A DNA stretch of 64,000 nt, taken from the sequence record PZ386948.1; one strand, given 5' to 3'. Numbering within the stretch: position 1 is the first letter of the stretch; each line of letters opens with the position of its first letter. Both the position numbers and the translations under genes were made by a program. The stretch comes from a phage. Below are positions 44,031-56,041 of this stretch, piece after piece. The notes below the pieces were generated by a model. It did no database searches, was not told where the DNA came from, and saw only the letters and a list, made by a program, of their open reading frames with translations.

Positions 44031-45741
44031 TAACCTTAATTGGTTTGTTGGTGTTGTTGAAGATAGAATGGACCCATTAAAATTAGGTCGTGTTCGTGTT
44101 CGTGTGGTTGGTCTGCATCCACCTCAAAGAGCACAAGGCGATGTAATGGGTATTCCAACTGAAAAATTACCATGGATGTCAGTTATTCAACCTATAACTT
44201 CTGCAGCAATGTCTGGAATTGGAGGTTCTGTTACTGGTCCGGTAGAAGGAACTAGAGTCTATGGTCATTTTTTAGACAAATGGAAAACTAACGGAATTGT
44301 CCTTGGCACGTATGGTGGAATAGTTCGCGAAAAACCTAATAGACTTGAAGGATTTTCTGATCCGACTGGACAGTATCCTAGACGTCTAGGAAATGATACT
44401 AACGTATTAAACCAAGGCGGAGAAGTAGGATATGATTCGTCTTCTAATATTATCCAAGATAGCAATCTAGACACTGCGATAAATCCTGATGATAGACCAC
44501 TATCAGAGATTCCAACTGATGATAATCCAAATATGTCAATGGCTGAAATGCTTCGCCGCGATGAAGGATTAAGACTAAAAGTTTATTGGGATACTGAAGG
44601 ATATCCGACAATTGGTATTGGTCATCTTATCATGAAGCAGCCAGTTCGTGATATGACTCAAATTAATAAAGTTTTATCAAAACAGGTTGGTCGTGAAATT
44701 ACCGGAAATCCAGGTTCTATTACAATGGAAGAAGCGGTAACTTTATTTGAACGTGATTTGGCTGATATGCAAAGGGATATTAAATCACATTCTAAAGTAG
44801 GACCAGTCTGGCAAGCTGTCAACCGTTCTCGTCAAATGGCATTAGAAAATATGGCGTTTCAGATGGGTGTTGGCGGTGTAGCTAAATTTAACACAATGTT
44901 AACTGCTATGTTAGCCGGAGATTGGGAAAAAGCATATAAAGCCGGTCGTGATTCATTGTGGTATCAACAAACAAAAGGCCGTGCATCCCGTGTTACCATG
45001 ATTATTCTTACGGGGAATTTGGAATCATATGGTGTTGAAGTGAAAACCCCAGCTAGGTCTCTATCAGCAATGGCTGCTACTGTAGCTAAATCTTCTGACC
45101 CGGCTGACCCTCCTATTCCAAATGACTCGAGAATTTTATTCAAAGAACCAGTTTCTTCATATAAAGGTGAATATCCTTATGTGCATACAATGGAAACTGA
45201 AAGCGGACATATTCAGGAATTTGATGATACTCCTGGGCAAGAACGATACAGATTAGTTCATCCGACTGGAACTTATGAAGAAGTATCACCGTCAGGAAGA
45301 AGAACAAGAAAAACTGTCGATAATTTGTATGATATAACCAACGCTGATGGTAATTTTTTGATAGCCGGTGATAAAAAGACTAACGTCGGTGGATCAGAAA
45401 TTTATTACAACATGGATAATCGTCTTCACCAAATAGATGGAAGCAATACAATATTTGTACGTGGCGATGAAACTAAGACGGTTGAAGGTAATGGAACTAT
45501 CCTAGTTAAAGGTAATGTTACTATTGTAGTTGAAGGTAATGCTGACATCACAGTTAAAGGAGATGCTACCACTTTAGTTGAAGGTAATCAAACTAATACA
45601 GTAAATGGAAATCTTTCTTGGAAAGTTGCTGGGACAGTTGATTGGGACGTTGGTGGTGATTGGACAGAAAAAATGGCATCTATGAGTTCTATTTCATCCG
45701 GTCAATACACAATTGATGGATCGAGGATTGACATTGGCTAA
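44014..45741 (+). CDS. 5: Baseplate hub / cell-puncturing protein gp5 with lysozyme domain
   Basis: 575 aa; OB-fold N-terminus, internal lysozyme domain (MAEMLRRDEGLRLKVYWDTEGYPTIGIGHL, paralog of e), C-terminal VxGxxxxx beta-helix repeats. Confidence 0.95.
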   Translation: MEMISNNLNWFVGVVEDRMDPLKLGRVRVRVVGLHPPQRAQGDVMGIPTEKLPWMSVIQPITSAAMSGIGGSVTGPVEGTRVYGHFLDKWKTNGIVLGTYGGIVREKPNRLEGFSDPTGQYPRRLGNDTNVLNQGGEVGYDSSSNIIQDSNLDTAINPDDRPLSEIPTDDNPNMSMAEMLRRDEGLRLKVYWDTEGYPTIGIGHLIMKQPVRDMTQINKVLSKQVGREITGNPGSITMEEAVTLFERDLADMQRDIKSHSKVGPVWQAVNRSRQMALENMAFQMGVGGVAKFNTMLTAMLAGDWEKAYKAGRDSLWYQQTKGRASRVTMIILTGNLESYGVEVKTPARSLSAMAATVAKSSDPADPPIPNDSRILFKEPVSSYKGEYPYVHTMETESGHIQEFDDTPGQERYRLVHPTGTYEEVSPSGRRTRKTVDNLYDITNADGNFLIAGDKKTNVGGSEIYYNMDNRLHQIDGSNTIFVRGDETKTVEGNGTILVKGNVTIVVEGNADITVKGDATTLVEGNQTNTVNGNLSWKVAGTVDWDVGGDWTEKMASMSSISSGQYTIDGSRIDIG

Positions 45742-46270
45742 TATACTTCCAATGAGCGCTGATTTAGGAGAATCCATGGAAGGTTCTTCTATCGACGTCA
45801 CCTTTACCGCTCAATTAGAAACAGGTGAAACGTTAGTATCTATAAATATAACTAGTTACGAAGAAACTCCTGGGGTTTTAGTAGAAGAAAATCGCTTATA
45901 TGGAACATATGAATCTGTGTTTGGATTTGGAAATGACGCGTTGAAATATCGTTTAGGCGATGAATTTAAAACTGCTGCTTCATGGGAAGAACTTCCTACT
46001 GATTCTGATACTCAGTTGTATTTGTGGAAAGCTCCTCAAAATCTCCAGAAGACATTCACTTACGAAGTAACATTAATATATGACTACCAAGAACAAAGTG
46101 AATCTGGAGGTTCTGGCAGTAATTCTAGGTCATCTTCTGATACTACTGAACCGACGGATCCTCCTGCTCCAGTAAGAAAAACTCTCGTTAAAAATTATAC
46201 TAAAACTATAGTTGGAAATTGGAGTCGTTGGGCTAATAAATTAAGAAGCTATGTGTATGAGAGGTCATAG
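45713..46270 (+). CDS. Hypothetical protein (gp5.1-like position)
   Basis: 185-aa ORF between gene 5 and 5.4. Confidence 0.6.
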
Positions 46271-46564
46271 ATGTCAGGATTAAGTTATGATAAATGTGTT
46301 ACTGCTGGTCATGAAGCATGGCCTCCAACAGTTGTGAATGCTACACAAAGTAAAGTATTCACTGGAGGAATTGCTGTTCTCGTAGCAGGTGATCCAATTA
46401 CAGAACATACAGAAATTAAAAAGCCATATGAAACACATGGCGGAGTGACACAACCCAGAACTTCTAAGGTATATGTCACTGGAAAGAAAGCTGTTCAAAT
46501 GGCTGATCCAATATCATGCGGTGATACTGTGGCTCAGGCATCATCTAAAGTATTCATTAAATAG
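46271..46564 (+). CDS. 5.4: PAAR-repeat spike-tip protein gp5.4
   Basis: 97 aa; small Cys/Gly-containing protein directly after the gene 5 region. Confidence 0.8.
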
Positions 46565-46572
46565 GATTTAAA

Positions 46573-48555
46573 ATGGCAAATACCCCTGTAAATTATCAAT
46601 TAACAAGAACAGCAAATGCTATTCCCGAGATATTCGTCGGGGGTACGTTTGCTGAAATAAAACAAAATCTCATTGAATGGCTTAATGGCCAAAATGAATT
46701 TTTGGATTATGATTTTGAAGGCTCAAGATTAAACGTTCTGTGTGACCTTTTAGCTTATAATACATTGTACATTCAACAGTTTGGTAATGCTGCTGTGTAT
46801 GAAAGCTTTATGCGTACTGCTAACTTACGAAGTTCAGTTGTTCAAGCTGCACAAGATAACGGATATTTACCTACTTCAAAATCCGCTGCGCAGACCGAAA
46901 TTATGTTAACATGCACCGACGCATTGAATAGGAATTACATTACTATTCCTCGCGGAACTCGCTTTTTAGCATATGCAAAAGATACTTCTGTTAATCCATA
47001 TAACTTCGTTTCTACCGAAGACGTTATTGCTATTCGTGATAAAAATAACCAATATTTTCCGCGTTTAAAATTGGCCCAGGGACGTATAGTAAGAACTGAA
47101 ATCATTTATGATAAATTAACACCTATTATCATTTATGATAAAAATATTGATAGAAACCAGGTTAAATTATACGTTGATGGAGCAGAATGGATTAACTGGA
47201 CAAGAAAGTCAATGGTTCATGCTGGTTCTACATCGACAATTTACTACATGCGTGAAACTATTGATGGAAATACTGAATTCTATTTTGGTGAAGGTGAAAT
47301 TTCTGTTAATGCTTCTGAAGGAGCTTTGACCGCTAATTATATCGGAGGTCTTAAACCTACTCAGAACTCTACGATTGTTATTGAGTACATCAGTACTAAT
47401 GGTGCTGACGCGAACGGAGCAGTCGGATTTTCATACGCAGATACATTAACAAATATAACTGTCATCAATATTAATGAAAATCCAAACGATGACCCAGATT
47501 TTGTTGGGGCAGATGGCGGCGGTGATCCAGAAGATATTGAGCGTATCCGCGAATTGGGTACTATTAAACGCGAAACCCAGCAACGCTGCGTAACTGCGAC
47601 TGACTATGATACATTCGTTTCAGAGAGATTTGGTTCTATTATTCAAGCAGTTCAGACTTTCACTGATTCTACTAAACCTGGTTATGCATTTATTGCTGCT
47701 AAACCTAAATCAGGTCTGTATTTAACTACCGTACAGCGTGAAGATATTAAAAATTATCTCAAAGACTATAATTTAGCTCCTATTACGCCATCAATTATTT
47801 CTCCTAATTATCTTTTTATTAAGACTAATTTAAAAGTCACATATGCTTTAAATAAACTGCAAGAATCCGAGCAGTGGCTTGAAGGTCAAATAATTGATAA
47901 AATTGATCGCTATTATACCGAAGATGTAGAAATTTTTAACTCGTCTTTCGCTAAATCTAAGATGTTGACATATGTAGATGATGCAGATCATTCTGTCATT
48001 GGTTCATCAGCGACTATTCAAATGGTTCGTGAAGTACAAAACTTCTATAAAACGCCTGAAGCGGGTATTAAATATAATAATCAAATAAAAGATCGTTCTA
48101 TGGAATCTAATACGTTTTCATTTAATTCTGGACGAAAGGTTGTAAATCCTGATACTGGTTTAGAAGAAGATGTATTATATGATGTTCGTATAGTATCAAC
48201 AGACCGAGATTCTAAAGGAATTGGTAAAGTTATTATTGGTCCATTTGCTTCTGGCGATGTTACAGAAAATGAAAACATTCAGCCGTATACAGGCAATGAT
48301 TTTAATAAATTAGCAAATTCTGATGGACGTGACAAATATTATGTTATCGGTGAAATAAATTATCCAGCTGACATGATTTATTGGAATATCGCTAAAATTA
48401 ATTTAACATCTGAAAAATTTGAAGTTCAGACTATTGAATTATATTCTGACCCAACCGATGATGTTATCTTTACTCGCGATGGTTCACTGATTGTATTTGA
48501 AAATGATTTACGTCCGCAATACTTAACTATCGATTTGGAGCCTATATCACAATGA
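46573..48555 (+). CDS. 6: Baseplate wedge protein gp6
   Basis: 660 aa; gene order 5-6-7-8. Confidence 0.9.
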   Translation: MANTPVNYQLTRTANAIPEIFVGGTFAEIKQNLIEWLNGQNEFLDYDFEGSRLNVLCDLLAYNTLYIQQFGNAAVYESFMRTANLRSSVVQAAQDNGYLPTSKSAAQTEIMLTCTDALNRNYITIPRGTRFLAYAKDTSVNPYNFVSTEDVIAIRDKNNQYFPRLKLAQGRIVRTEIIYDKLTPIIIYDKNIDRNQVKLYVDGAEWINWTRKSMVHAGSTSTIYYMRETIDGNTEFYFGEGEISVNASEGALTANYIGGLKPTQNSTIVIEYISTNGADANGAVGFSYADTLTNITVININENPNDDPDFVGADGGGDPEDIERIRELGTIKRETQQRCVTATDYDTFVSERFGSIIQAVQTFTDSTKPGYAFIAAKPKSGLYLTTVQREDIKNYLKDYNLAPITPSIISPNYLFIKTNLKVTYALNKLQESEQWLEGQIIDKIDRYYTEDVEIFNSSFAKSKMLTYVDDADHSVIGSSATIQMVREVQNFYKTPEAGIKYNNQIKDRSMESNTFSFNSGRKVVNPDTGLEEDVLYDVRIVSTDRDSKGIGKVIIGPFASGDVTENENIQPYTGNDFNKLANSDGRDKYYVIGEINYPADMIYWNIAKINLTSEKFEVQTIELYSDPTDDVIFTRDGSLIVFENDLRPQYLTIDLEPISQ

Positions 48556-51500
48556 CAGTAAAAGCACCTTCAGTCACTAGTCTCAGAATTTCCAAGTTAT
48601 CCGCAAATCAGGTGCAAGTACGCTGGGATGACGTTGGTGCTAATTTCTACTATTTTGTAGAAATCGCTGAGACAAAAACAGACTCGGGGGAAAATCTCCC
48701 GAGTGATCAATATCGTTGGATTAATTTAGGATATACAGCAAACAATAGTTTCTTTTTTGATGATGCTGATCCACTAACATCATACATCATTAGAGTAGCT
48801 ACAGCTGCACAAGATTTTGAGCAATCTGATTGGGTTTATACGGAAGAGTTTGAAACTTTTGCTACGAATGCTTACACATTTCAAAACATGATTGAAATGC
48901 AATTAGCCAATAAATTCATTCAGGAAAAGTTTACTCTTAACAATTCTAATTATGTCAATTTTAATAATGACACTATAATGGCTGCATTGATGAATGAATC
49001 GTTCCAATTCAGCCCATCATATGTTGATGTTTCATCAATCAGTAATTTTATTATTGGTGAAAATGAGTATCATGAAATACAAGGTTCCATTCAGCAAGTA
49101 TGTAAGGATATTAACCGAGTTTATTTAATGGAATCAGAAGGGATTCTATATCTTTTTGAGCGTTATCAACCCGTGGTTAAAGTATCTAATGATAAAGGAC
49201 AAACCTGGAAAGCTGTAAAGCTCTTCAATGACCGTGTAGGATATCCTTTATCTAAGACAGTATATTACCAATCTGCGAACACTACATACGTTCTAGGATA
49301 CGACAAGATTTTCTATGGCCGCAAATCTACTGATGTTAGATGGTCAGCCGATGATGTCAGATTTAGTTCACAGGATATAACATTCGCTAAACTTGGCGAC
49401 CAATTACATCTAGGATTTGATGTAGAAATTTTTGCCACTTACGCGACTTTACCAGCGAATGTATATCGTATAGCTGAAGCCATTACTTGTACGGATGATT
49501 ATATCTATGTTGTCGCCAGAGACAAAGTTAGATACATAAAAACGAGTAATGCACCTATAGATTCTGATCCATTATCTCCAACATATTCGGAAAGACTTTT
49601 TGAACCTGATACCATGACTATAACCGGAAATCCTAAAGCAGTATGCTATAAAATGGATTCTATTGGTGATAAAGTTTTTGCTCTTATTATCGGTGAAGTT
49701 GAAACATTAAATGCTAATCCTAGAACGTCAAAAATAATTGATTCTACTGATAAAGGAATATATGTTTTAAATCATGACACAAAAACGTGGAAAAGAGTTT
49801 TTGGCAACACTGAAGAAGAAAGAAGACGTATTCAACCTGGGTATGCGAATATGTCAACTGATGGTAAATTAGTTTCTCTATCTTCGAGTAATTTTAAATT
49901 TTTAAATGATAACGTTGTTAATGACCCTGAAACTGTAGCAAAATATCAGTTAATCGGTGCCGTTAAATATGAATTTCCTCGTGAATGGTTAGCTGATAAG
50001 CATTATCATATGATGGCATTTATAGCAGATGAAAAGTCTGATTGGGAAACTTTTACGCCTCAGCCAATGAAATACTACGCAGAACCGTTCTTTAATTGGT
50101 CTAAAAAATCTAACACACGCTGTTGGATAAACAACTCTAATAGAGCTGTAGTAGTTTATGCTGATTTAAAATACACTAAAGTTATAGAAAATATTCCGGA
50201 AACATCACCAGATAGATTAGTTCATGAATACTGGGATGATGGTGATTGTACGATAGTAATGCCAAATGTTAAATTCACGGGATTTAAAAAATATGCGTCT
50301 GGGATGCTTTTTTATAAATCTTCTGGTGAAATAATTTCTTATTATGATTTTAACTATCGTGTGAGAGATACAGTAGAAATTATTTGGAAGCCGACTGGAG
50401 TATTTTTAAAAGCATTTTTACAAAACCAAGAGCATGAGACTCCTTGGTCGCCAGAAGAAGAGCATGGATTAGCTGACCCTGATTTAAGACCATTAATTGG
50501 CACAATGATGCCTGATTCTTATTTGTTGCAGGATTCGAATTTTGAGGCATTTTGTGAAGCATATATTCAATATCTTTCTGACGGATACGGAACTCAGTAT
50601 AATAATTTACGAAATTTAATTCGTAATCAGTATCCACGAGAAGAGCATGCGTGGGAATATTTGTGGTCAGAGATATATAAAAGAAACATTTATTTAAATG
50701 CTGACAAACGTGATGCTGTTGCAAGATTTTTTGAATCACGTAGTTATGATTTTTATTCTACTAAAGGAATTGAAGCATCATACAAATTTCTTTTTAAAGT
50801 TCTTTATAATGAAGAAGTTGAAATTGAAATTGAATCTGGAGCTGGTACTGAATATGATATAATCGTTCAATCTGATTCTTTGACTGAGGATTTAGTAGGA
50901 CAAACGATTTATACAGCTACAGGAAGATGTAATGTTACTTATATAGAAAGAAGTTATTCTAACGGTAAATTGCAATGGACCGTGACTATACATAATCTTT
51001 TGGGGCGTTTAATAGCAGGGCAAGAAGTTAAAGCAGAAAGACTTCCTAGTTTTGAAGGCGAAATTATTCGTGGGGTTAAAGGAAAGGATTTGCTTCAAAA
51101 TAATATAGACTATATTAATAGAAGTCGATCATATTATGTAATGAAAATTAAATCCAATTTACCTTCTTCTCGTTGGAAATCTGACGTTATTCGTTTTGTT
51201 CATCCAGTAGGATTTGGATTTATAGCAATCACGCTTTTAACTATGTTTATTAATGTCGGTTTAACTCTTAAACACACAGAGACAATAATTAATAAATATA
51301 AAAACTACAAATGGGATTCTGGATTGCCTACTGAATATGCTGATAGAGTAGCTAAATTAACTCCAACTGGCGAAATTGAACATGATTCAGTAACAGGAGA
51401 AGCAATTTATGAACCTGGCCCAATGGCTGGTGTAAAATATCCTCTTCCTGATGACTATAATGCTGAAAATAATAATTCAATATTTCAAGGTCAATTGCCT

Positions 51501-51650
51501 TCTGAACGACGCAAGTTAATGAGTCCTCTATTTGACGCATCTGGAACAACATTTGCACAATTTAGGGATTTAGTTAATAAACGTCTAAAAGATAATATAG
51601 GAAATCCAAGAGACCCTGAAAATCCAACACAGGTTAAAATAGATGAATGA
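48552..51650 (+). CDS. 7: Baseplate wedge initiator gp7
   Basis: 1032 aa. Confidence 0.9.
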   Translation: MTVKAPSVTSLRISKLSANQVQVRWDDVGANFYYFVEIAETKTDSGENLPSDQYRWINLGYTANNSFFFDDADPLTSYIIRVATAAQDFEQSDWVYTEEFETFATNAYTFQNMIEMQLANKFIQEKFTLNNSNYVNFNNDTIMAALMNESFQFSPSYVDVSSISNFIIGENEYHEIQGSIQQVCKDINRVYLMESEGILYLFERYQPVVKVSNDKGQTWKAVKLFNDRVGYPLSKTVYYQSANTTYVLGYDKIFYGRKSTDVRWSADDVRFSSQDITFAKLGDQLHLGFDVEIFATYATLPANVYRIAEAITCTDDYIYVVARDKVRYIKTSNAPIDSDPLSPTYSERLFEPDTMTITGNPKAVCYKMDSIGDKVFALIIGEVETLNANPRTSKIIDSTDKGIYVLNHDTKTWKRVFGNTEEERRRIQPGYANMSTDGKLVSLSSSNFKFLNDNVVNDPETVAKYQLIGAVKYEFPREWLADKHYHMMAFIADEKSDWETFTPQPMKYYAEPFFNWSKKSNTRCWINNSNRAVVVYADLKYTKVIENIPETSPDRLVHEYWDDGDCTIVMPNVKFTGFKKYASGMLFYKSSGEIISYYDFNYRVRDTVEIIWKPTGVFLKAFLQNQEHETPWSPEEEHGLADPDLRPLIGTMMPDSYLLQDSNFEAFCEAYIQYLSDGYGTQYNNLRNLIRNQYPREEHAWEYLWSEIYKRNIYLNADKRDAVARFFESRSYDFYSTKGIEASYKFLFKVLYNEEVEIEIESGAGTEYDIIVQSDSLTEDLVGQTIYTATGRCNVTYIERSYSNGKLQWTVTIHNLLGRLIAGQEVKAERLPSFEGEIIRGVKGKDLLQNNIDYINRSRSYYVMKIKSNLPSSRWKSDVIRFVHPVGFGFIAITLLTMFINVGLTLKHTETIINKYKNYKWDSGLPTEYADRVAKLTPTGEIEHDSVTGEAIYEPGPMAGVKYPLPDDYNAENNNSIFQGQLPSERRKLMSPLFDASGTTFAQFRDLVNKRLKDNIGNPRDPENPTQVKIDE

Positions 51651-52647
51651 TTCAAGTGTTATCTATCGTGCGATAGTTACTTCAAAATTTAGAACAGAAA
51701 AAATGTTGAATTTTTATAATTCAATTGGGAGTGGTCCGGATAAAAACACTATCTTTATCACATTTGGAAGATCAGAACCGTGGTCATCAAATGAAAATGA
51801 GGTGGGCTTTGCCCCACCTTATCCAACCGATTCTGTATTAGGCGTAACTGACATGTGGACGCATATGATGGGAACAGTAAAAGTTCTTCCATCAATGCTT
51901 GACGCTGTTATTCCTCGCAGAGATTGGGGAGATACTAGATATCCGGATCCATACACATTTAGAATTAACGATATTGTAGTGTGTAACTCAGCTCCTTACA
52001 ACGCTACTGAATCAGGCGCAGGCTGGTTAGTATATCGTTGTTTAGATGTTCCTGATACCGGAATGTGTTCAATAGCATCTTTAACTAATAAGGATGAATG
52101 CCTCAAATTAGGCGGAAAATGGACTCCTTCTGTTAGGTCAATGACTCCTCCTGAAGGTCGAGGAGATGCGGAAGGAACAATCGAACCTGGAGACGGATAT
52201 GTTTGGGAATATCTTTTTGAGATTCCGCCCGATGTATCTATAAATAGATGCACAAATGAATATATCGTAGTTCCTTGGCCTGAGGAATTAAAAGAAGATC
52301 CAACTAGATGGGGGTATGAAGATAATCTCACTTGGCAACAAGATGATTTTGGATTAATTTACCGGGTTAAGGCAAATACTATCCGTTTTAAAGCATATTT
52401 AGATTCAGTTTACTTTCCTGATGCTGCATTGCCAGGAAATAAAGGATTTAGACAAATATCAATAATCACAAATCCTCTTGAAGCTAAAGCTCATCCAAAT
52501 GACCCAAATGTTAAAGCTGAAAAGGATTATTATGATCCAGAAGATTTAATGAGGCATTCGGGCGAAATGATTTATATGGAAAATAGGCCACCTATTATCA
52601 TGGCAATGGATCAGACAGAAGAAATCAATATTCTGTTTACATTTTAA
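51643..52647 (+). CDS. 8: Baseplate wedge protein gp8
   Basis: 334 aa. Confidence 0.9.
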   Translation: MNDSSVIYRAIVTSKFRTEKMLNFYNSIGSGPDKNTIFITFGRSEPWSSNENEVGFAPPYPTDSVLGVTDMWTHMMGTVKVLPSMLDAVIPRRDWGDTRYPDPYTFRINDIVVCNSAPYNATESGAGWLVYRCLDVPDTGMCSIASLTNKDECLKLGGKWTPSVRSMTPPEGRGDAEGTIEPGDGYVWEYLFEIPPDVSINRCTNEYIVVPWPEELKEDPTRWGYEDNLTWQQDDFGLIYRVKANTIRFKAYLDSVYFPDAALPGNKGFRQISIITNPLEAKAHPNDPNVKAEKDYYDPEDLMRHSGEMIYMENRPPIIMAMDQTEEINILFTF

Positions 52648-52652
52648 ATTAA

Positions 52653-52676
52653 GGGAGCCCATGGGCTCCCTTTTTC
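52653..52676 (+). terminator. Rho-independent terminator after gene 8
   Basis: gggagccc-atg-ggctccc hairpin followed by TTTTT. Confidence 0.65.
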
Positions 52677-52678
52677 TT

Positions 52679-52686
52679 TATAAATA
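52679..52686 (+). promoter_or_regulatory. Late promoter (TATAAATA) for gene 9
   Basis: Exact TATAAATA 25 bp upstream of the gp9 ATG. Confidence 0.65.
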
Positions 52687-52710
52687 CTATAAACTCATAA
52701 GGAAACCGCT

Positions 52711-53577
52711 ATGTTCATTCAAGAACCAAAGAAATTGATTGATACCGGCGAAATTGGTAACGCTTCTACTGGTGATATCTTATTCGACGGTGGTAATAAA
52801 ATTAATAGTGATTTTAACGCAATTTATAATGCGTTTGGCGATCAGCGTAAAATGGCAGTAGCAAATGGCACTGGAGCAGATGGTCAAATTATCCATGCTA
52901 CTGGATATTATCAAAAACACTCTATTGCTGAGTATGCAACTCCAGTAAAAGTTGGCACTAGACATGATATTGATACCTCTACTGTAGGTGTTAAAGTTAT
53001 CATTGAAAGAGGAGAACTTGGCGATTGTGTTGAATTCATTAATTCTAATGGATCAATATCAGTTACTAATCCTTTAACGATTCAGGCTATTGATTCAATT
53101 AAAGGTGTTTCAGGTAATTTGGTAGTAACTACTCCATATAGTAAAGTTACTTTACGCTGTATTTCATCTGATAATTCTACGTCGATTTGGAATTATTCTA
53201 TTGAAAGCATGTTTGGTCAAAAGGAATCACCAGTTGAAGGTACGTGGAATATTTCTACATCTGGATTAGTTGACATTCCATTGTTTCATCGCACTGAATA
53301 TAACATGGCTAAATTGTTAGTTACATGCCAGTCAGCAGATGGAAGAAAAATTAAAACAGCAGAAATAAATATTCTTGTGGATATTGTTAATTCAGAGGTC
53401 ATTTCTTCTGAATATGCTGTCATGCGAGTTGGGAATGAAACCGAAGAAGACGAAATCGCTAATATTGCATTTAGTATTAAAGAAAATTATGTAACGGCGA
53501 CTATAAGTTCTTCAACTGTCGGTATGAGAGCAGCAGTTAAAGTTATCGCTACGCAGAAAATCGGGGTGGCTCAATAA
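52711..53577 (+). CDS. 9: Baseplate protein gp9 (long tail fibre socket)
   Basis: 288 aa. Confidence 0.9.
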   Translation: MFIQEPKKLIDTGEIGNASTGDILFDGGNKINSDFNAIYNAFGDQRKMAVANGTGADGQIIHATGYYQKHSIAEYATPVKVGTRHDIDTSTVGVKVIIERGELGDCVEFINSNGSISVTNPLTIQAIDSIKGVSGNLVVTTPYSKVTLRCISSDNSTSIWNYSIESMFGQKESPVEGTWNISTSGLVDIPLFHRTEYNMAKLLVTCQSADGRKIKTAEINILVDIVNSEVISSEYAVMRVGNETEEDEIANIAFSIKENYVTATISSSTVGMRAAVKVIATQKIGVAQ

Positions 53578-55382
53578 TGAAACAAAATATTAATATCGGT
53601 AATGTTGTAGATGATGGTACCGGTGACTACCTGCGTAAAGGTGGTATAAAAATAAATGAAAACTTTGATGAGCTTTATTACGAGCTTGGTGACGGTGATG
53701 TTCCATATTCAGCTGGTGCCTGGAAAACTTATAATGCTTCATCAGGACAAACATTAACAGCAGAATGGGGAAAATCATATGCCATTAACACTTCATCTGG
53801 AAGAGTAACTCTACAACTTCCTAAAGGAACCGTTAATGATTATAATAAAGTAATTAAAGCTAGGGATGTATTTGCAACATGGAATGTTAATCCAGTTACT
53901 CTAGTAGCCGCTTCTGGTGATACTATTAAAGGATCATCGTCATCAGTTGAAATTAATGTTCAATTTAGCGATTTAGAATTAGTTTATTGTGCTCCAGGAC
54001 GTTGGGAATATGTCAAAAACAAACAAATTGACAAAATTATTAGTTCAGATATTAGTAATGTAGCACGTAAAGAATTTTTAGTCGAAGTTCAAGGACAAAC
54101 AGACTTTTTAGATGTTTTCCGTGGAACTAGCTATAATGTTAATAACATCCGAGTAAAACACCGCGGTAATGAATTATATTATGGCGATGTATTTAGTGAA
54201 AACAGTGACTTTGGCTCTCCTGGGGAAAATGAAGGAGAATTGATTCCTCTTGATGGATTTAATATTAGGTTAAGACAGCCTTGTAATATTGGTGACACTG
54301 TTCAAATTGAAACATTTATGGATGGTGTATCACAATGGAGAAGTTCATATACAAGACGCCAAATAAAAGTACTGGATTCAAAACTAACATCAAAGACTTC
54401 TTTAGAAGGAAGCATTTATGTTACTGATTTATCAGCGATGAAATCAATTCCATTTTCTGCATTTGGATTAATTCCTGGTGAACCCATTAATCCTAACTCT
54501 CTTGAGGTTCGTTTTAATGGAATTTTACAACAACAAGCTGGAACAGCCGGATATCCTCTGTTTTTGTGTGAAGGTGCTAATTCAGATACGCAAGAAGGAT
54601 GTATATCTCTTGGTGGTGAATGGAAGGAATCGAATACAGATTATTCTATAGAATATGAAGATGGAAAACCTGTCAGTCTTTTATTTGATAGAAAATTTGA
54701 ATCCGGTGATATAATCGTTATAACATGGTTCAATAATGATTTAGGAACTCTTTTAGAAAAAGATGACATTATTGAATTAACTGATGACCGTTATGTTAGT
54801 AAAGGATCATCTACTGAAGTTACTGGTGATGTAGCCTTAACAGATTTTGATAAAATCGGTTGGCCAAATGTTGAAAAAGTTGATTCTTATACTAGAACGT
54901 ATAATTCAATATCATCTATTTTCGACAGCATTTATCCTGTTGGTTCAATTTATGAAAATGCTATAAATCCAAATAATCCAGTGACTTATATGGGATTTGG
55001 TTCATGGAAATTATTTGGTAAAGGGCAGGTTTTAGTAGGATGGAATGATGATGTTACAGATCCAAACTTTGCATTAAACAATAATGATTTAGATTCTAGC
55101 GGAAATCCTTCACATACCGCCGGTGGAACAGTTGGTACAACATCAGTAACGCTTGAAAACGCAAATCTTCCTGCGACTAAAACTGATGAAAGAGTTTTAA
55201 TTGAAGACGAAAATGGATCAGTTATTATTGGAGGATGTCAATATGACCCAGACGAAACTGGTCCTATATATACAAAATATCGTGAAGACTACGCAACAAC
55301 AAACTCTTCACATACTCCTCCTACTAATATTAGTAATATTCAACCGTCTATTACTGTATACCGTTGGATAAGGATTGCATAA
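53577..55382 (+). CDS. 10: Baseplate wedge protein gp10
   Basis: 601 aa. Confidence 0.9.
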   Translation: MKQNINIGNVVDDGTGDYLRKGGIKINENFDELYYELGDGDVPYSAGAWKTYNASSGQTLTAEWGKSYAINTSSGRVTLQLPKGTVNDYNKVIKARDVFATWNVNPVTLVAASGDTIKGSSSSVEINVQFSDLELVYCAPGRWEYVKNKQIDKIISSDISNVARKEFLVEVQGQTDFLDVFRGTSYNVNNIRVKHRGNELYYGDVFSENSDFGSPGENEGELIPLDGFNIRLRQPCNIGDTVQIETFMDGVSQWRSSYTRRQIKVLDSKLTSKTSLEGSIYVTDLSAMKSIPFSAFGLIPGEPINPNSLEVRFNGILQQQAGTAGYPLFLCEGANSDTQEGCISLGGEWKESNTDYSIEYEDGKPVSLLFDRKFESGDIIVITWFNNDLGTLLEKDDIIELTDDRYVSKGSSTEVTGDVALTDFDKIGWPNVEKVDSYTRTYNSISSIFDSIYPVGSIYENAINPNNPVTYMGFGSWKLFGKGQVLVGWNDDVTDPNFALNNNDLDSSGNPSHTAGGTVGTTSVTLENANLPATKTDERVLIEDENGSVIIGGCQYDPDETGPIYTKYREDYATTNSSHTPPTNISNIQPSITVYRWIRIA

Positions 55383-56041
55383 TGAGTTTACTTAATAATA
55401 AAGCGGGAGTTATTTCCCGCTTAGCAGATTTTCTTGGTTTTAGAACTAAGAAAAATGATATTTCGGTTATGAATAATCAGCCGGTAGGCGCTGTAACAAT
55501 TTCACAAATAGCAAAAGGTTTTTATGACCCAAATGTAGAATCTGCTATCAATGATGTTAGAAATATGGCAGAGCAACAGGTTGGAGCTGTATTAATTAAT
55601 ATAAGCGGCGTATCTCCTACTGGAGTGCAACAAACAGACTATTGGTCATTTGAAGGAACTGTTACTGATACTTCAGCCAAACCAGGTGACCCAGTTATTG
55701 TTAACATGTTTGGTATTCCAGTTAAAGCTACTAACGGAATGACTTCAATTGAATTTACCAGTGCCGTTAGAATAGCTCTACAGGAAATGGTTGCAAAATT
55801 TATTGCAATTGATTCATTTGAAGACCATCCTACCATAGGAAATAAAATACAAGTTAAGTATTTAGATAACCAAGAACATATCTTAGAGCAATACTCTGAT
55901 AAAGGAATTACTTTCAAGCAAGAAATAATTTCTCCTTCTAAACCTGGATATGGAACTTGGCAATTATTAGGTGCGCAAACTGTCACGTTAGATAGTCACA
56001 CACAACCTACAGTATTTTATTATTTTGAGAGAATAGCATGA
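55382..56041 (+). CDS. 11: Baseplate wedge protein gp11 (short tail fibre attachment)
   Basis: 219 aa from the ATG overlapping the gp10 stop (TAATG); track ORF begins 6 codons upstream. Confidence 0.85.
   Translation: MSLLNNKAGVISRLADFLGFRTKKNDISVMNNQPVGAVTISQIAKGFYDPNVESAINDVRNMAEQQVGAVLINISGVSPTGVQQTDYWSFEGTVTDTSAKPGDPVIVNMFGIPVKATNGMTSIEFTSAVRIALQEMVAKFIAIDSFEDHPTIGNKIQVKYLDNQEHILEQYSDKGITFKQEIISPSKPGYGTWQLLGAQTVTLDSHTQPTVFYYFERIA

Noticed and set aside
50380-50739. Minus-strand ORFs inside the plus-strand late genes (e.g. 44265-44474, 48081-48278, 50380-50739, 51996-52331, 55639-55986, 57369-57587, 61630-61815)
   Set aside because: Antisense to large, clearly coding baseplate/neck genes; no promoter or RBS context.
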